Virus record (IMG/VR): IMGVR_UViG_3300027909_000017
Direction: 5' to 3' (one strand)
DNA: 64,000 bases
Origin: a virus
Shown here piece after piece: positions 18,529-28,150 of this stretch. The notes beneath the pieces are model-generated. The model had not been told where the DNA came from. It searched no databases and was given only the letters and a program-made list of their open reading frames with translations. A program made the position numbers and the translations under genes. Numbering within the stretch: position 1 is the stretch's first letter; each line of letters opens with the position of its first letter.

Positions 18529-18883
18529 GGACATCAGCCTCGAGCGGGCTCGCGAGCTCCGCGACCAGTTCTTGAAGGATTGGCCGGAATTCGCGCGCCT
18601 GCTCGCGAAGCTCAAAGAGGTGAAGCCAGTGAACAAGCACATGACGGTCGGCGAGCTCCGCCGAGCGCTCGAAGGCGTCGACGACTCGATGATCGTGATT
18701 GTCGAGCTCACGCTCAACGAGGACAACGGCGACGAGCACCACGTCGGCGGCCTGAGCGGCGTGAAGGTCGAGTACCGCTGCGCGGACAAGCCGGCGCTCT
18801 TTCTCTCGGGCGACCAAGAACCGGACGATTACGACCCTTACGAAGAAGGAGACGACGATGGGGACCAAGAGCAACCCGAGTGA
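18506..18883 (+). CDS. hypothetical acidic protein
   Basis: ORF tiling. Confidence 0.55.
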   Translation: MALPQKLEDISLERARELRDQFLKDWPEFARLLAKLKEVKPVNKHMTVGELRRALEGVDDSMIVIVELTLNEDNGDEHHVGGLSGVKVEYRCADKPALFLSGDQEPDDYDPYEEGDDDGDQEQPE

Positions 18884-19160
18884 GTACGACTGCTACGCGA
18901 AGCTCGAACCAGACGAGCCGTACTTCGTGCTCATGGGTCGTGACCCCGTCGCGTGGTTGGTCGTGGGGATGTGGTGCGTGTTTCGCGCCACGTACGCGGA
19001 CGAACCCGAGCGGATCAAAGAGGCGCGGCGGTGCGCACGCGCGATGAAGCAGTGGGCGATCGACAAGGGCAAGCAGGCCCTGATCGACAAGGTGCTCGAG
19101 ACGCTCGACACACTGTCACCAGGATTCGAAGTTCTCGAGACCTTCATCGAAGCGGAGTGA
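18858..19160 (+). CDS. hypothetical phage protein
   Basis: MGTKSNP...DCYAKLEPDEPYFVLMGRD. Confidence 0.65.
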   Translation: MGTKSNPSEYDCYAKLEPDEPYFVLMGRDPVAWLVVGMWCVFRATYADEPERIKEARRCARAMKQWAIDKGKQALIDKVLETLDTLSPGFEVLETFIEAE

Positions 19161-21295
19161 TGGCTCGCCTCTCCTACGGTCCGTGCCAGGTGTGCGGAGG
19201 CCCGATCCTGTATCAGGGTGCGGGCTTCTGCTCGCCCGACTGCCAGGGTCGCGCCGCGCTGCTCGGCTACCTCAGCCAGCGCAAGCCGCGCGCGCTCGAC
19301 ACCGAGACCGCGCTCACGCGGCGGGGACTGCTCGCCCCGCCGCTCGCCTGCTTGACGTGGAAGAACGCGTCCGAGCGCGGCATCGTGCACGCCAAGGAGG
19401 CCAAGGAGCACTTCGTCAGCATCTTGAACAGCGACGAGCTGATCGTCGGCTTCAACATCGCGTACGACATGACGGTGTGCTGCGCGGAGTGGCCCGACCT
19501 CATCCCGCTCGTGTTCGAGGCGTACCAGGCGGACCGGATCACGGACGTGATGTACCGGGAGAAGCTCCGCGACATCGCGGAGGGCACGCTCGAGTGGGGC
19601 GAGGACGACGAGACGCAGGAGCGCGTCTACCTGAGCTACAACCTCGAAGAGGTCGCGTACCGACGCTGCCGCATCAAGCTCAACAAGGGCGGTTGGCAGC
19701 TCCGCTTCGGTGAGCTCATCGACGTGCCGATGTCGTTCTGGCCGCTCGAGGCGCAGCAGTACGCGGTGATGGACGCGGTCGCGACCGAGGCCGCGTTCCT
19801 CGACCAGGAGCGCGAGGACATCGAGCGCGGCACGACCTACTTCGAAGACCAGTTCCGGCAGGCACGAGCGTACTTCTGGCTCCAGCTCATGGGCTGCTGG
19901 GGTTTCCATACTGAGCTCTCGGCCGTGCGCGAGTTCGCTCGCAAGGCCCAGCTCAAGTACGAGCAGCTCCGCGACGAGCTCGTGCACGCGGGGCTCGTGA
20001 CGAAGAAGACGAGCTCGAAGACCGGCATCACGAAGTTCACGAAGAAAAAGAAGCCGGTCCAGGACCTGGTCGTCGCTGAGAAGCTCTCGGAAGGAAAACA
20101 GGTCCAGCTCACCAAGACCGCGATGAAGCGGATCGACGAGCTCGAGGTCGCGCTCGAGAACGAGTACGTGCCCGCGAAGCGCGCGTCCCTCGAGCGGCAG
20201 ATCGAGAAGTGTCTCAGCTCGGTCGTCACCGACAAGGACGTGTGCGGGCGCGCGAAGAACCCGCTGCTCAAGAAGTACGCGGACCTCTCGCACTACGAGC
20301 ACATGCTGACCAGCGACGTGCCGCTGCTCATGCTCGGCACCGAGTACCCGATCCAAGGCAAGTTCGACCTGGCGAGCACGGGCCGCACGAAGAGCACGCT
20401 GCACCACGGCCTGAAGGGCAACACGCAGAATTGGTCAACGTCGAACGGGATGCGCGAGTGCGTGATGCCGCGTCCCGGCTGCGTGTTCGCGATCGGCGAC
20501 TTCGCGGGTTTCGAGCTCCGCACGTGGTCGCAGGTGTGCCTCTGGAAGTTCGGCCAGACGCGCATGGGCGAGATGCTGAACAAGGGCCTCGACCCGCACC
20601 TCGAGATGGCGTCGCTCATCCTGAAGATCCCGTACGAGCAAGCGAAGCTCGAGTTCGAGCAAGACCCGAAGGGCCGCGTGTACCTGCCGCGCCAGACGGG
20701 CAAGGTCGGCGACTTCGGCCTGCCCGGCGGGCTCGGCGCCGACCGACTCGTCGACTACGCGCGCACCTCGTACAACGTGATCCTCACGCGCGAGGAGGCG
20801 GTCGACCTGAAGGACCACTGGCTCAACGCTTGGCCCGAGGCGCAGCTCTACCTCAACGAGGGCACGCGCTTCATGGACGCCAAGGAGCGGCAGTGCGTGC
20901 AGTACATCAGCAACCGCGTGCGCGGCTGGCAGCGACCGAAGTTCACGGAGTACCTCAACAGCTTCTTCCAAGGGCTCGCGGCTGACGCGGCGAAGAATGC
21001 CGGCTTCCTGATCGCGTACGCCTGCTACGCGGACACGAGCTCGGTCCTCTACGGCTCGCGGCCGTGCATGTTCATCCACGACGAGTTCGTCGTCGAGGTG
21101 AAGGACGACCAGTACGCGAGTGACAAGGCGCACGAGCTCGCGCGGCTCATGGAGCTCGGCGCGTCGCCGTTCCTGCCCGACATCCCGCCCGTCGTCGAGC
21201 CCGTGCTGGCGCGGCGCTGGAGCAAGGCGGCGAAGCCGATCAAGGACTCTGGCGGGCGACTCGTCCCGTGGGAGCCGAAAGCGAAGGCGGCGTGA
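19160..21295 (+). CDS. polA: family A DNA polymerase with 3'-5' exonuclease
   Basis: Exo ALDTET, GFNIAYD, YAVMDA; Pol STGR, GDFAGFELR, RQTGKVGDFG, FQGLAAD, IHDE. Confidence 0.9.
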   Translation: MARLSYGPCQVCGGPILYQGAGFCSPDCQGRAALLGYLSQRKPRALDTETALTRRGLLAPPLACLTWKNASERGIVHAKEAKEHFVSILNSDELIVGFNIAYDMTVCCAEWPDLIPLVFEAYQADRITDVMYREKLRDIAEGTLEWGEDDETQERVYLSYNLEEVAYRRCRIKLNKGGWQLRFGELIDVPMSFWPLEAQQYAVMDAVATEAAFLDQEREDIERGTTYFEDQFRQARAYFWLQLMGCWGFHTELSAVREFARKAQLKYEQLRDELVHAGLVTKKTSSKTGITKFTKKKKPVQDLVVAEKLSEGKQVQLTKTAMKRIDELEVALENEYVPAKRASLERQIEKCLSSVVTDKDVCGRAKNPLLKKYADLSHYEHMLTSDVPLLMLGTEYPIQGKFDLASTGRTKSTLHHGLKGNTQNWSTSNGMRECVMPRPGCVFAIGDFAGFELRTWSQVCLWKFGQTRMGEMLNKGLDPHLEMASLILKIPYEQAKLEFEQDPKGRVYLPRQTGKVGDFGLPGGLGADRLVDYARTSYNVILTREEAVDLKDHWLNAWPEAQLYLNEGTRFMDAKERQCVQYISNRVRGWQRPKFTEYLNSFFQGLAADAAKNAGFLIAYACYADTSSVLYGSRPCMFIHDEFVVEVKDDQYASDKAHELARLMELGASPFLPDIPPVVEPVLARRWSKAAKPIKDSGGRLVPWEPKAKAA

Positions 21296-21774
21296 CCGCC
21301 CCGGCCCAACTCCTCTCCTTTGACCCGGCCAAGACAAGCGGCTGGGCGTGGTTCTCGAACGCCCAGCTCGTGCGAGCTGGTTACGGACCGTTTCACAAGT
21401 TGATCGCCGAGCCACCGACGGATCTGATCTGGTTCGCGGACGTAGCCGACCAGAAGACACTCGTGCTCATCGAGACGCCTCACGACCTGTGGAAGGGCGA
21501 GGTCGACGACATCATCAAGGTCGCGATCATGGTCGGCCGACTCGAGGAGTTCTACGCGAAGCGCGGTTGCGAGGTCGTGCGAGTGAAACCGGTGGAGTGG
21601 AAGGGTTCAGTACCCGGCGACGTGATGACTGATCGCATCTTGAATCGGTTGCGTCCGGAGGAGCTGGCGCGCGTGCCACTGAGACCGCGCGCGAAAACTC
21701 CGGACCACAACTGCGTTGATGCGATCGGACTCGGACTCTGGAAACTAGGAAGGATGCACGGAACATGGCAGTGA
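21292..21774 (+). CDS. RuvC-like Holliday junction resolvase
   Basis: LLSFDPAKTSGWA, VLIE, PVEWKG, HNCVDAIGLG. Confidence 0.7.
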   Translation: MTAPAQLLSFDPAKTSGWAWFSNAQLVRAGYGPFHKLIAEPPTDLIWFADVADQKTLVLIETPHDLWKGEVDDIIKVAIMVGRLEEFYAKRGCEVVRVKPVEWKGSVPGDVMTDRILNRLRPEELARVPLRPRAKTPDHNCVDAIGLGLWKLGRMHGTWQ

Positions 21775-22115
21775 AACCCTCGAAACGAGCTAACCCGCCG
21801 CGGACGCAATTGACCGAGGCTCGTCGGAATTGGGGCGGCCGACTCCTGCTCGAACTGGTGGCCATCCGGAAAGACGCGATCTGGTTGGGCGAGCAAGTGG
21901 GCTATTCGACACCGAGCTCGATGCGGCAGGTGGTGAACGGCCACCAGGGCATCAGCTTGCAGGTCTACAAGAAGATCATCCGGCTAGTGCCGGAGATGCG
22001 CGGCGTGCCGAGACCGCCGCTCACGCGCGAGCGACAGGGCCTCGGTGCGTACGGCAAGCACAAGAAACACGAGTACCCAAAACTTGGGACGCTCGAGTCG
22101 AGGCGAGCACGATGA
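21765..22115 (+). CDS. HTH-like DNA-binding protein
   Basis: WLGEQVGYSTPSSMRQVVNGHQGIS. Confidence 0.5.
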   Translation: MAVKPSKRANPPRTQLTEARRNWGGRLLLELVAIRKDAIWLGEQVGYSTPSSMRQVVNGHQGISLQVYKKIIRLVPEMRGVPRPPLTRERQGLGAYGKHKKHEYPKLGTLESRRAR

Positions 22116-22441
22116 CGCCGGCGGAGAAGCACCTGATCGAGACCGTGCTCAATCGCGAGAGCACGACCGAGGACGTGTGCAGCGCACGCGAGCTCGTGCG
22201 GCGAGAACGCGACCAGACCTTCATCGAAGACTTCAGGCGATACGTAAACGACTTCGATGTCCGACTCGCGCAAGCGGCGAGCGATAAGCGTTTCGACCGA
22301 GTGGGTGGCTACATCGAACCGGTGCAGATAGCTCTCCGCCATCTCAACACCTTTCTCACGTTGAAGTGCCGAATCTGCGGAAAGTCAGTTCTGTTTGGTT
22401 ACAACACCTGCGTGAGCTGCGCGGACGAGAGGGGACCGTGA
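22112..22441 (+). CDS. hypothetical protein with C-terminal zinc ribbon
   Basis: CRICG...CVSC. Confidence 0.55.
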   Translation: MTPAEKHLIETVLNRESTTEDVCSARELVRRERDQTFIEDFRRYVNDFDVRLAQAASDKRFDRVGGYIEPVQIALRHLNTFLTLKCRICGKSVLFGYNTCVSCADERGP

Positions 22442-22557
22442 CGCCGCTGACGCTGTTCTTCTACGTGCTCGCGGTCTTGGGCGGAATCGTGGTCGCGTTG
22501 TTCGTCTTGGCGTTCTTGACGATCGTCGTCATCAAGATAGGGGATTGGTGGCTGTGA
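22438..22557 (+). CDS. small single-TM peptide
   Basis: Hydrophobic 39 aa ORF coupled on both sides. Confidence 0.5.
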   Translation: MTPLTLFFYVLAVLGGIVVALFVLAFLTIVVIKIGDWWL

Positions 22558-23225
22558 GCATTCTCAGCGGAAAAAAGATCATCGAGCAGGTCGAGCTCGG
22601 CAACATCGAGATCGACCCGTTCAACCCGGAGCACGTGAACCCTGCGAGCGTGGACCTGACGCTGGGCTCGACGTACAAGAAGTTCTTCAACGCGCTACAC
22701 CCGCCCGAGGACTTGAGGCTCGACGCGAAGGTCGAGAACAAGATGCTCGAGTTCGAGATGGGGGAGCACGGGCTCTGGTTGCTCCCCAACCACTTCTACC
22801 TCCTGCACACGGTCGAGCGCGTGTGCGCGAAGACGTTCGTCCCCGTACTCGACGGCAAGAGCTCGATCGGCCGGCTCACCGTGCTCATCCACTTCACGGC
22901 CGGTTTCGGCGACCCCGGCTTCGACGGCCAGTACACGCTCGAGGTGATGTGCGTGCACCCGACGCTGATCTATGCCGGCATGCGGATCGCGCAGATGCGC
23001 TTCCACACCATCGAGGGCGAGGTCGAGGACTACAAGGAGCGCGGCAACTACGTCGGAGAGCGCGCGACGGGGCCGGTGGAGTCTCAGAGCTGGAGGCAGT
23101 TCAAAGCACGGGACGAGGACTGTTTCTTGTGCAAGGGCTCGATGGTGATCGACCACAAGTTAGGCGGTCGAATGGAGTGCCCCGACCCAGACAACGTCCA
23201 CGAAAAAGTTCGGAGGCAACGATGA
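22554..23225 (+). CDS. dcd: dCTP deaminase
   Basis: ILS..I, PASVDLTLG, GKSSIGR, AGFGDPGFDGQYTLE, GMRIAQ. Confidence 0.9.
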   Translation: MSILSGKKIIEQVELGNIEIDPFNPEHVNPASVDLTLGSTYKKFFNALHPPEDLRLDAKVENKMLEFEMGEHGLWLLPNHFYLLHTVERVCAKTFVPVLDGKSSIGRLTVLIHFTAGFGDPGFDGQYTLEVMCVHPTLIYAGMRIAQMRFHTIEGEVEDYKERGNYVGERATGPVESQSWRQFKARDEDCFLCKGSMVIDHKLGGRMECPDPDNVHEKVRRQR

Positions 23226-23734
23226 GCGACATGACGTTTGAAGAATTCTTGCGACACGAAGAAGAGCGAGAGAAGCACGCTCGCGAGAAGAGAATAGCCG
23301 CTGACCAGCAGCGCGAGATCGACGAGAAGACCAAGCGCGAGTCGATCGACGTCGAGAAGCTGAAGAAGCAGAAGAAGGTCGCGCAGAAGGAGCTCAAGGA
23401 CCGGATCATGCGCGAGGCCCACGAGCGCCACGTCGCCAACGGCAAGAAGACGTATCCCGAGGACAAGTTCAAGCCGCCGGCCAGCGAGGTGGAGTGGCTC
23501 GTGTTTCACAAGACGACGGGCGAGTTGCTCGGTGAGGCACGAACGCTGCGCGCGTACGAGGCATGGTCAGAGCTGAACCCGAAGCGGGAATTCCAGGACA
23601 AGTTCGGCACGGGCGTCGAGCTCATCCCGTTCACGGCCTGTCGGTGCATCCAGCGCGCGGATTGGGAGGCGGCCGAGGCGCGCGTGCGTGCGGCGAAGGG
23701 CGCGAACGGGAAGTCAAACGGGGTGCACCGGTGA
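23222..23734 (+). CDS. hypothetical coiled-coil protein
   Basis: Charged helical ORF; coupled. Confidence 0.6.
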   Translation: MSDMTFEEFLRHEEEREKHAREKRIAADQQREIDEKTKRESIDVEKLKKQKKVAQKELKDRIMREAHERHVANGKKTYPEDKFKPPASEVEWLVFHKTTGELLGEARTLRAYEAWSELNPKREFQDKFGTGVELIPFTACRCIQRADWEAAEARVRAAKGANGKSNGVHR

Positions 23735-24285
23735 GCGACTTCGACAAGCTCCGAACCGAGCTCAAGGAGCAGGGGTTCATCGTCGAGAAGACGAACCGCG
23801 GGCACTGGAAGGCCACGCAGCCGAACCGAGGGAACTGGCAGGTCGCGAGAAACGGGACGGGCACGGTCACGTTCTCGGAGAGCAACGACCCGCGCGCCAT
23901 CAAGAACACGATCTCGGACCTGCGCAAGATCGGCTTCGAGTGGCCGCCGACCAACAAGAAGAACGGGAACGGCCGGAGTGAGGACGAGCTCGGCTACGAG
24001 ATGGGCCCGTGCCCGCACTGCCACATGCAGACCTTCAACTTACGCGCCGGCGCGTGCGAGAACATGGGCTGCCCCACGCGCGCCCCGCAGGACACGGACG
24101 CGCTGTACGCGGAGGTGAAGGCGGTGAAGGAGCTGATGGCGACGGCGCAAGACGAGTTCAAAAAGAAGCAGGAGGCGTGCGAGCGAGCCGCGGTCGAGCT
24201 CCAAGATGCAAAGGCGCAGTACGACGACTTCAAGCGCACGCACGAGAGATTGAAGCAGCAACTGATCAAGGCACTGGAGGAATAA
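23731..24285 (+). CDS. HicA-like domain + zinc ribbon + coiled coil
   Basis: LKEQGFIVEKTNRGHWKA...NDPRAIKNTISDLRKIGF; CPHC...C..MGC. Confidence 0.5.
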   Translation: MSDFDKLRTELKEQGFIVEKTNRGHWKATQPNRGNWQVARNGTGTVTFSESNDPRAIKNTISDLRKIGFEWPPTNKKNGNGRSEDELGYEMGPCPHCHMQTFNLRAGACENMGCPTRAPQDTDALYAEVKAVKELMATAQDEFKKKQEACERAAVELQDAKAQYDDFKRTHERLKQQLIKALEE

Positions 24286-24286
24286 G

Positions 24287-25258
24287 ATGATCGACATCGA
24301 GAAACTGCTAGCGGTGAAGACGCTCATCACGCACGCGAACTGCCCGGACGGCATCGCGAGCGCGCTCATCGTGAAGGATGCACTACCCGACGTGGAGGTG
24401 AGGTTCGTGCAGTACAACACGAAGGAGCACTCACACCTCGATACCGGACCTGGAACATTGTTCTGCGACTTTACGCCAGCCAAAGAAGCGGCCAAGTCTA
24501 TCGGTTGGTGGATCGAGAACGGGGCGATCGTGCTCGACCACCACGAGAAGCAGCGGGACATCGCCGACGCCTTCGCGGAGGTCGGGCTCGGCGTGTTTGG
24601 CGAGAACTCCAAGCTCGAGTGCGGGGCGTGGCTCGCGTTTGAGCACGTGTGGAAGCCGATCATGCACGCGAAGCCGATCGAGGAGCTCAGGATCGCTACC
24701 AGTAGCGTGCGAGAGTTCGCCGAATTCGCCGCCGTCCGCGACACTTGGCGTCGCGATGACGATCGTTTTGAGAAAGCGCGTATGCAGGGAGAGGTGTTGC
24801 TTTTCTGGGGTGAGGACTCAGTTGACGCCGGACTCGGCGAGATGATCAGCCGCTCGCTTGGTGTCCAGTCGGAAGAGTTCGCCAAGCTCCTGTTCAGGAA
24901 GTCGCTGCGTGCGGCCAAGAACTCGCTCGCGGACTCGTACATCTTCACCACGCGCCGCGGAACGCGCGTGTGCATGTTCCAGAACACGAAGCCCACGACC
25001 GAGGCCGCAGAGCTGCTCGATGCGCAGGGTCCGGTCATCGTGGTCGGTTTCCACTACAAGTTCGACGGCAAGCTCAAGTTGGTCTTCTCGACGCGCTGCC
25101 ATCACGGTTTCGACGTCGGGGAGTTCGCGAAGTCCAAACCAGGTGGGGGCGGTCACGAGAAGGCTGCTGGGTTCACCGTCGAGCAGTCACCCGAGGTCGG
25201 GTCCAACCCGTACGCGGTGTTCAAGCTGCTGCTCGAGGAGTGGGAGGATGGGCAGTGA
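24287..25258 (+). CDS. DHH/DHHA1 phosphoesterase
   Basis: THANCPDG, FCDF, VLDHH, GGGHEKAAGF. Confidence 0.85.
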   Translation: MIDIEKLLAVKTLITHANCPDGIASALIVKDALPDVEVRFVQYNTKEHSHLDTGPGTLFCDFTPAKEAAKSIGWWIENGAIVLDHHEKQRDIADAFAEVGLGVFGENSKLECGAWLAFEHVWKPIMHAKPIEELRIATSSVREFAEFAAVRDTWRRDDDRFEKARMQGEVLLFWGEDSVDAGLGEMISRSLGVQSEEFAKLLFRKSLRAAKNSLADSYIFTTRRGTRVCMFQNTKPTTEAAELLDAQGPVIVVGFHYKFDGKLKLVFSTRCHHGFDVGEFAKSKPGGGGHEKAAGFTVEQSPEVGSNPYAVFKLLLEEWEDGQ

Positions 25259-25557
25259 ACGCGGAGCAGAAAGCGCGCAAGAGAGCAGCGATCGCGCGTC
25301 GCCGACACGAGTCGTACATGCGCGATGTAGCCAAACGCCTCGGCCCTCAGTGCGGGCACGAGGACTGTGAGGCGTTCAACGCGGGCTCGCGCGCGATCGC
25401 GGAGGCACTGGAGTGGGCGCTGTCGAAGAACATGCCCGTCGAGTGGATCACGTCGATGATCTCACGCGGCTTGATGATCGCGATCGTCGTGAACCGGCTC
25501 ACGCCGGCCGACTTGAATGGTGAGAAGGCTGAACACCAGCCGCACGAGGTCAATTGA
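25255..25557 (+). CDS. hypothetical protein
   Basis: GTG coupled start. Confidence 0.5.
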   Translation: MNAEQKARKRAAIARRRHESYMRDVAKRLGPQCGHEDCEAFNAGSRAIAEALEWALSKNMPVEWITSMISRGLMIAIVVNRLTPADLNGEKAEHQPHEVN

Positions 25558-25770
25558 GTGGTCCGCGTACTCGGCTGGGCGTGGAAGGGGGGCCACGCGG
25601 CGTGCCGCGCGTGCGTCGACGCGGGGCGGGTGCCGGAGTTCTTCGAGGGCTCCGGATTCCGCGTGACCGTCTACGACGCGGGGCCGCCTAACTTCGCCGC
25701 GCCGTGCTCGTGGTGCGGGACCGAAGTCCGCGGCGAGAATTGTTCAACAACGAATCTTGTGGAGGAAGAC

Positions 25771-26349
25771 ATGTCCGACAACCAAGCGATCGTCCTGGCC
25801 AAAGACACGGTCGCGCAGCTCCCGGCCGTGACCGACGAGTGGCTAGCGGAGCTCAGAGCGTACGTGATCAACACCGACGAAGAAGAACAGATGATCGCGG
25901 CGGTGCTCCGCGGCGTGAAAGACAAGCACGACTTCGCAGACGAGAAACGCAAGACGATCACCAAGCCGTTGAACGACGCGATGAAGGCGACGAACGCGCT
26001 CTTCAAGCCGTCGCTCGAGGCGTACAAGGAGGTCGAGAAGCTGCTCAAGGACAAGATCGCCGACTACATCGCGCGCAAGCAGCAGGCGAACACGGCGGCG
26101 CTCCACGCGGCGGCCGCGGCGGCGACTCCTGAGCAGGCCGTGCGCGCGATCGAGTCGACCTCGCCCGTCGCTCCACCGGGCGGCGTGTCGATCCGATACC
26201 AGTGGAAGTTCGAGGTGGTCGACCCGAACGCGGTGCCCCGAGAGCTCTGCTCCCCGGACGACAAGAAGATCCAGGCCGCGCTCGCCGCCGGCATGCAGGT
26301 GCCCGGCGTGCGCGTGTTCCAAGAACCGATCGTGAGCTCGCGACGATGA
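25771..26349 (+). CDS. phage coiled-coil protein (Gp157/Gam-like); may start at 25558
   Basis: GGAGG RBS before 25771; RKTITKPL...WKFEVVD...VPREL...PGVRVF. Confidence 0.6.
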   Translation: MSDNQAIVLAKDTVAQLPAVTDEWLAELRAYVINTDEEEQMIAAVLRGVKDKHDFADEKRKTITKPLNDAMKATNALFKPSLEAYKEVEKLLKDKIADYIARKQQANTAALHAAAAAATPEQAVRAIESTSPVAPPGGVSIRYQWKFEVVDPNAVPRELCSPDDKKIQAALAAGMQVPGVRVFQEPIVSSRR

Positions 26350-26546
26350 CGTGGGGCATGTGCGTAATTACCGACGAAGTTTACGATCGAGAGAAGTGCT
26401 TCAAGTGCTCGAGTAAAGCAGTCATCAGCGTTGCCGGAAGCCTCTGTTGCGAGCGCTGCATAATATTCAGCGTCCTGGACTTTTTAAATCGACGAAGATC
26501 CCACCAAGAAAGTTTGCTGTCGAAGATCGAGAGGGACCGAAAGTGA
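26346..26546 (+). CDS. small Cys-rich protein
   Basis: CFKC...CCERC. Confidence 0.45.
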   Translation: MTWGMCVITDEVYDREKCFKCSSKAVISVAGSLCCERCIIFSVLDFLNRRRSHQESLLSKIERDRK

Positions 26547-26758
26547 CCAAACCCTTCTACCCGAAACCCGTCGCGCCGGAGCACCAGTACCAGCCGACGC
26601 CGCGCTTGCGCTACCAGGGCGACGTGCACCCGATCACGGGCGAGCGCGTGTTCCGTCAGGACGCTGAAGGCTACAAGGCCGCGTACCGGACGATCTGGCG
26701 GCAGAACCCGAACCACCCCGCGCTCGCGAACAAGGAGCTGTGGCCCAATGCAATCTGA
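26543..26758 (+). CDS. hypothetical protein
   Basis: GTG coupled start. Confidence 0.5.
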   Translation: MTKPFYPKPVAPEHQYQPTPRLRYQGDVHPITGERVFRQDAEGYKAAYRTIWRQNPNHPALANKELWPNAI

Positions 26759-27443
26759 GACGAGGATCTCGTGCATCAGTTGCGGCGGCAGTGGGCGCAT
26801 CGTCTCCGCGATGAACGCTTTCAACCCGAGCGGCGTGGGGACCTGCGCCATGTGCGGCGGAGCGGGGACCGTCCCCGTCGTTCTGGTCGACGCCGGTAGT
26901 TTCGTAGACCCGCGGGACGCGGAGATCGCGCACCTGAAGAACCTGATCACGCAGCTCCAGGTCGACAACACGCGCCTGCTCGAGGAGCGGCGCAAGGTCG
27001 ACACGCACTACATGGTCGAGCACTTCCACCGCGTGTGCGACGTGCCGGTGCTGCACGAGCCGCAGGTGCCGGCGGACGAGCGCGTGCGGCTGCGCGCTGA
27101 CTTGGTCATGGAGGAGAGCTTCGAACTCGTCGAGGCTCTCTACGGCCCGAGCGTGGCGCTGTCCAAGATGCGCAACGCCGTGCAGGACTTCATCCGAGCA
27201 GCGCCCATCAACGCGCGCAACATCGTCGACTTCGCCGATGCATGCGCCGACGTGAAGTACGTGGTCGTCGGCGCCGAGCTCGAGTTCGGCATCGACGGTC
27301 GACCGGTTTTCTTGGGCGTGCACGAGGCGAACATGACGAAGGCGGGTGGCCCGGTGCGCGGGGATGGGAAGCGACTCAAGCCCGAGGGTTGGCAGGCGTT
27401 CGACGTTAGTAAAGAGCTCAGGAGGCAGGGATGGAGGAAGTGA
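26748..27443 (+). CDS. MazG/PRA-PH-like NTP pyrophosphohydrolase with N-terminal zinc finger
   Basis: VEHFH, LVMEESFELVEA, FADACADVKYV, VHEANMTK, DGKRLKP. Confidence 0.8.
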   Translation: MQSETRISCISCGGSGRIVSAMNAFNPSGVGTCAMCGGAGTVPVVLVDAGSFVDPRDAEIAHLKNLITQLQVDNTRLLEERRKVDTHYMVEHFHRVCDVPVLHEPQVPADERVRLRADLVMEESFELVEALYGPSVALSKMRNAVQDFIRAAPINARNIVDFADACADVKYVVVGAELEFGIDGRPVFLGVHEANMTKAGGPVRGDGKRLKPEGWQAFDVSKELRRQGWRK

Positions 27444-28150
27444 AGCAGAGGAGCGCGGCGGTCGCGTACGTTCGCCGCGACGACAAGATCTTGTGCGTGT
27501 GGAACAAACGCTACAACGGCTGGACGATGCCGGGCGGACTCGTCGAGGAAGGTGAGATTCCGGCGGACGCAGTCGTGCGCGAGCTCCGCGAGGAGACCGG
27601 GCTCGGCGAAAACCGGCGCATGGCCTGGCAACTCATCTACGAGGCGCCGACTGAGCCGCACTTCAACGACGGTCGCGGGACGTACTGCTACGTGTTCAGC
27701 GTGATCGTCGGAGGTGAACCTAGCGAGCGCGAGCCGGGCTGCCCCGTGACGTGGCTCACGCACGACGAATTCTTGGAGCAGAGCCCGTTCGCGAAGTTCT
27801 ACGAGAAGATGTTCAGGGTCATGAATGCAATGGGAGTGAAGACAATGAGGAAGGTCGTAGCGATCATCGGGTCGAGCAAGTTCAAGGACCACCAGCTCGG
27901 CATCGCGCAGCGCGAGACGCTGCTCGGAAACGTCGTGCTGCTCACCGGTTTCTGGCACCACGTCGACAAGAAGCCGATCACCGACGAGCAGAAGGCGCGG
28001 CTGGACGAGCTCTCGCTCCACAAGGTCAAGATGGCCGACGAGGTGATCGTCGTGAATCCGAACGGCTACATCGGTCAGAGCACGGCAGAGCAGATCAAGT
28101 TCGCCGAGGCACACGAGAAGAAGCTCCACTACACCGGGGGCAAGCCATGA
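27431..28150 (+). CDS. NUDIX hydrolase fused to nucleoside deoxyribosyltransferase-like (DUF4406-like) domain
   Basis: PGGLVEEGEIPADAVVRELREETGL; HKVKMADEVIVVNPNGYIGQST. Confidence 0.8.
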   Translation: MEEVKQRSAAVAYVRRDDKILCVWNKRYNGWTMPGGLVEEGEIPADAVVRELREETGLGENRRMAWQLIYEAPTEPHFNDGRGTYCYVFSVIVGGEPSEREPGCPVTWLTHDEFLEQSPFAKFYEKMFRVMNAMGVKTMRKVVAIIGSSKFKDHQLGIAQRETLLGNVVLLTGFWHHVDKKPITDEQKARLDELSLHKVKMADEVIVVNPNGYIGQSTAEQIKFAEAHEKKLHYTGGKP

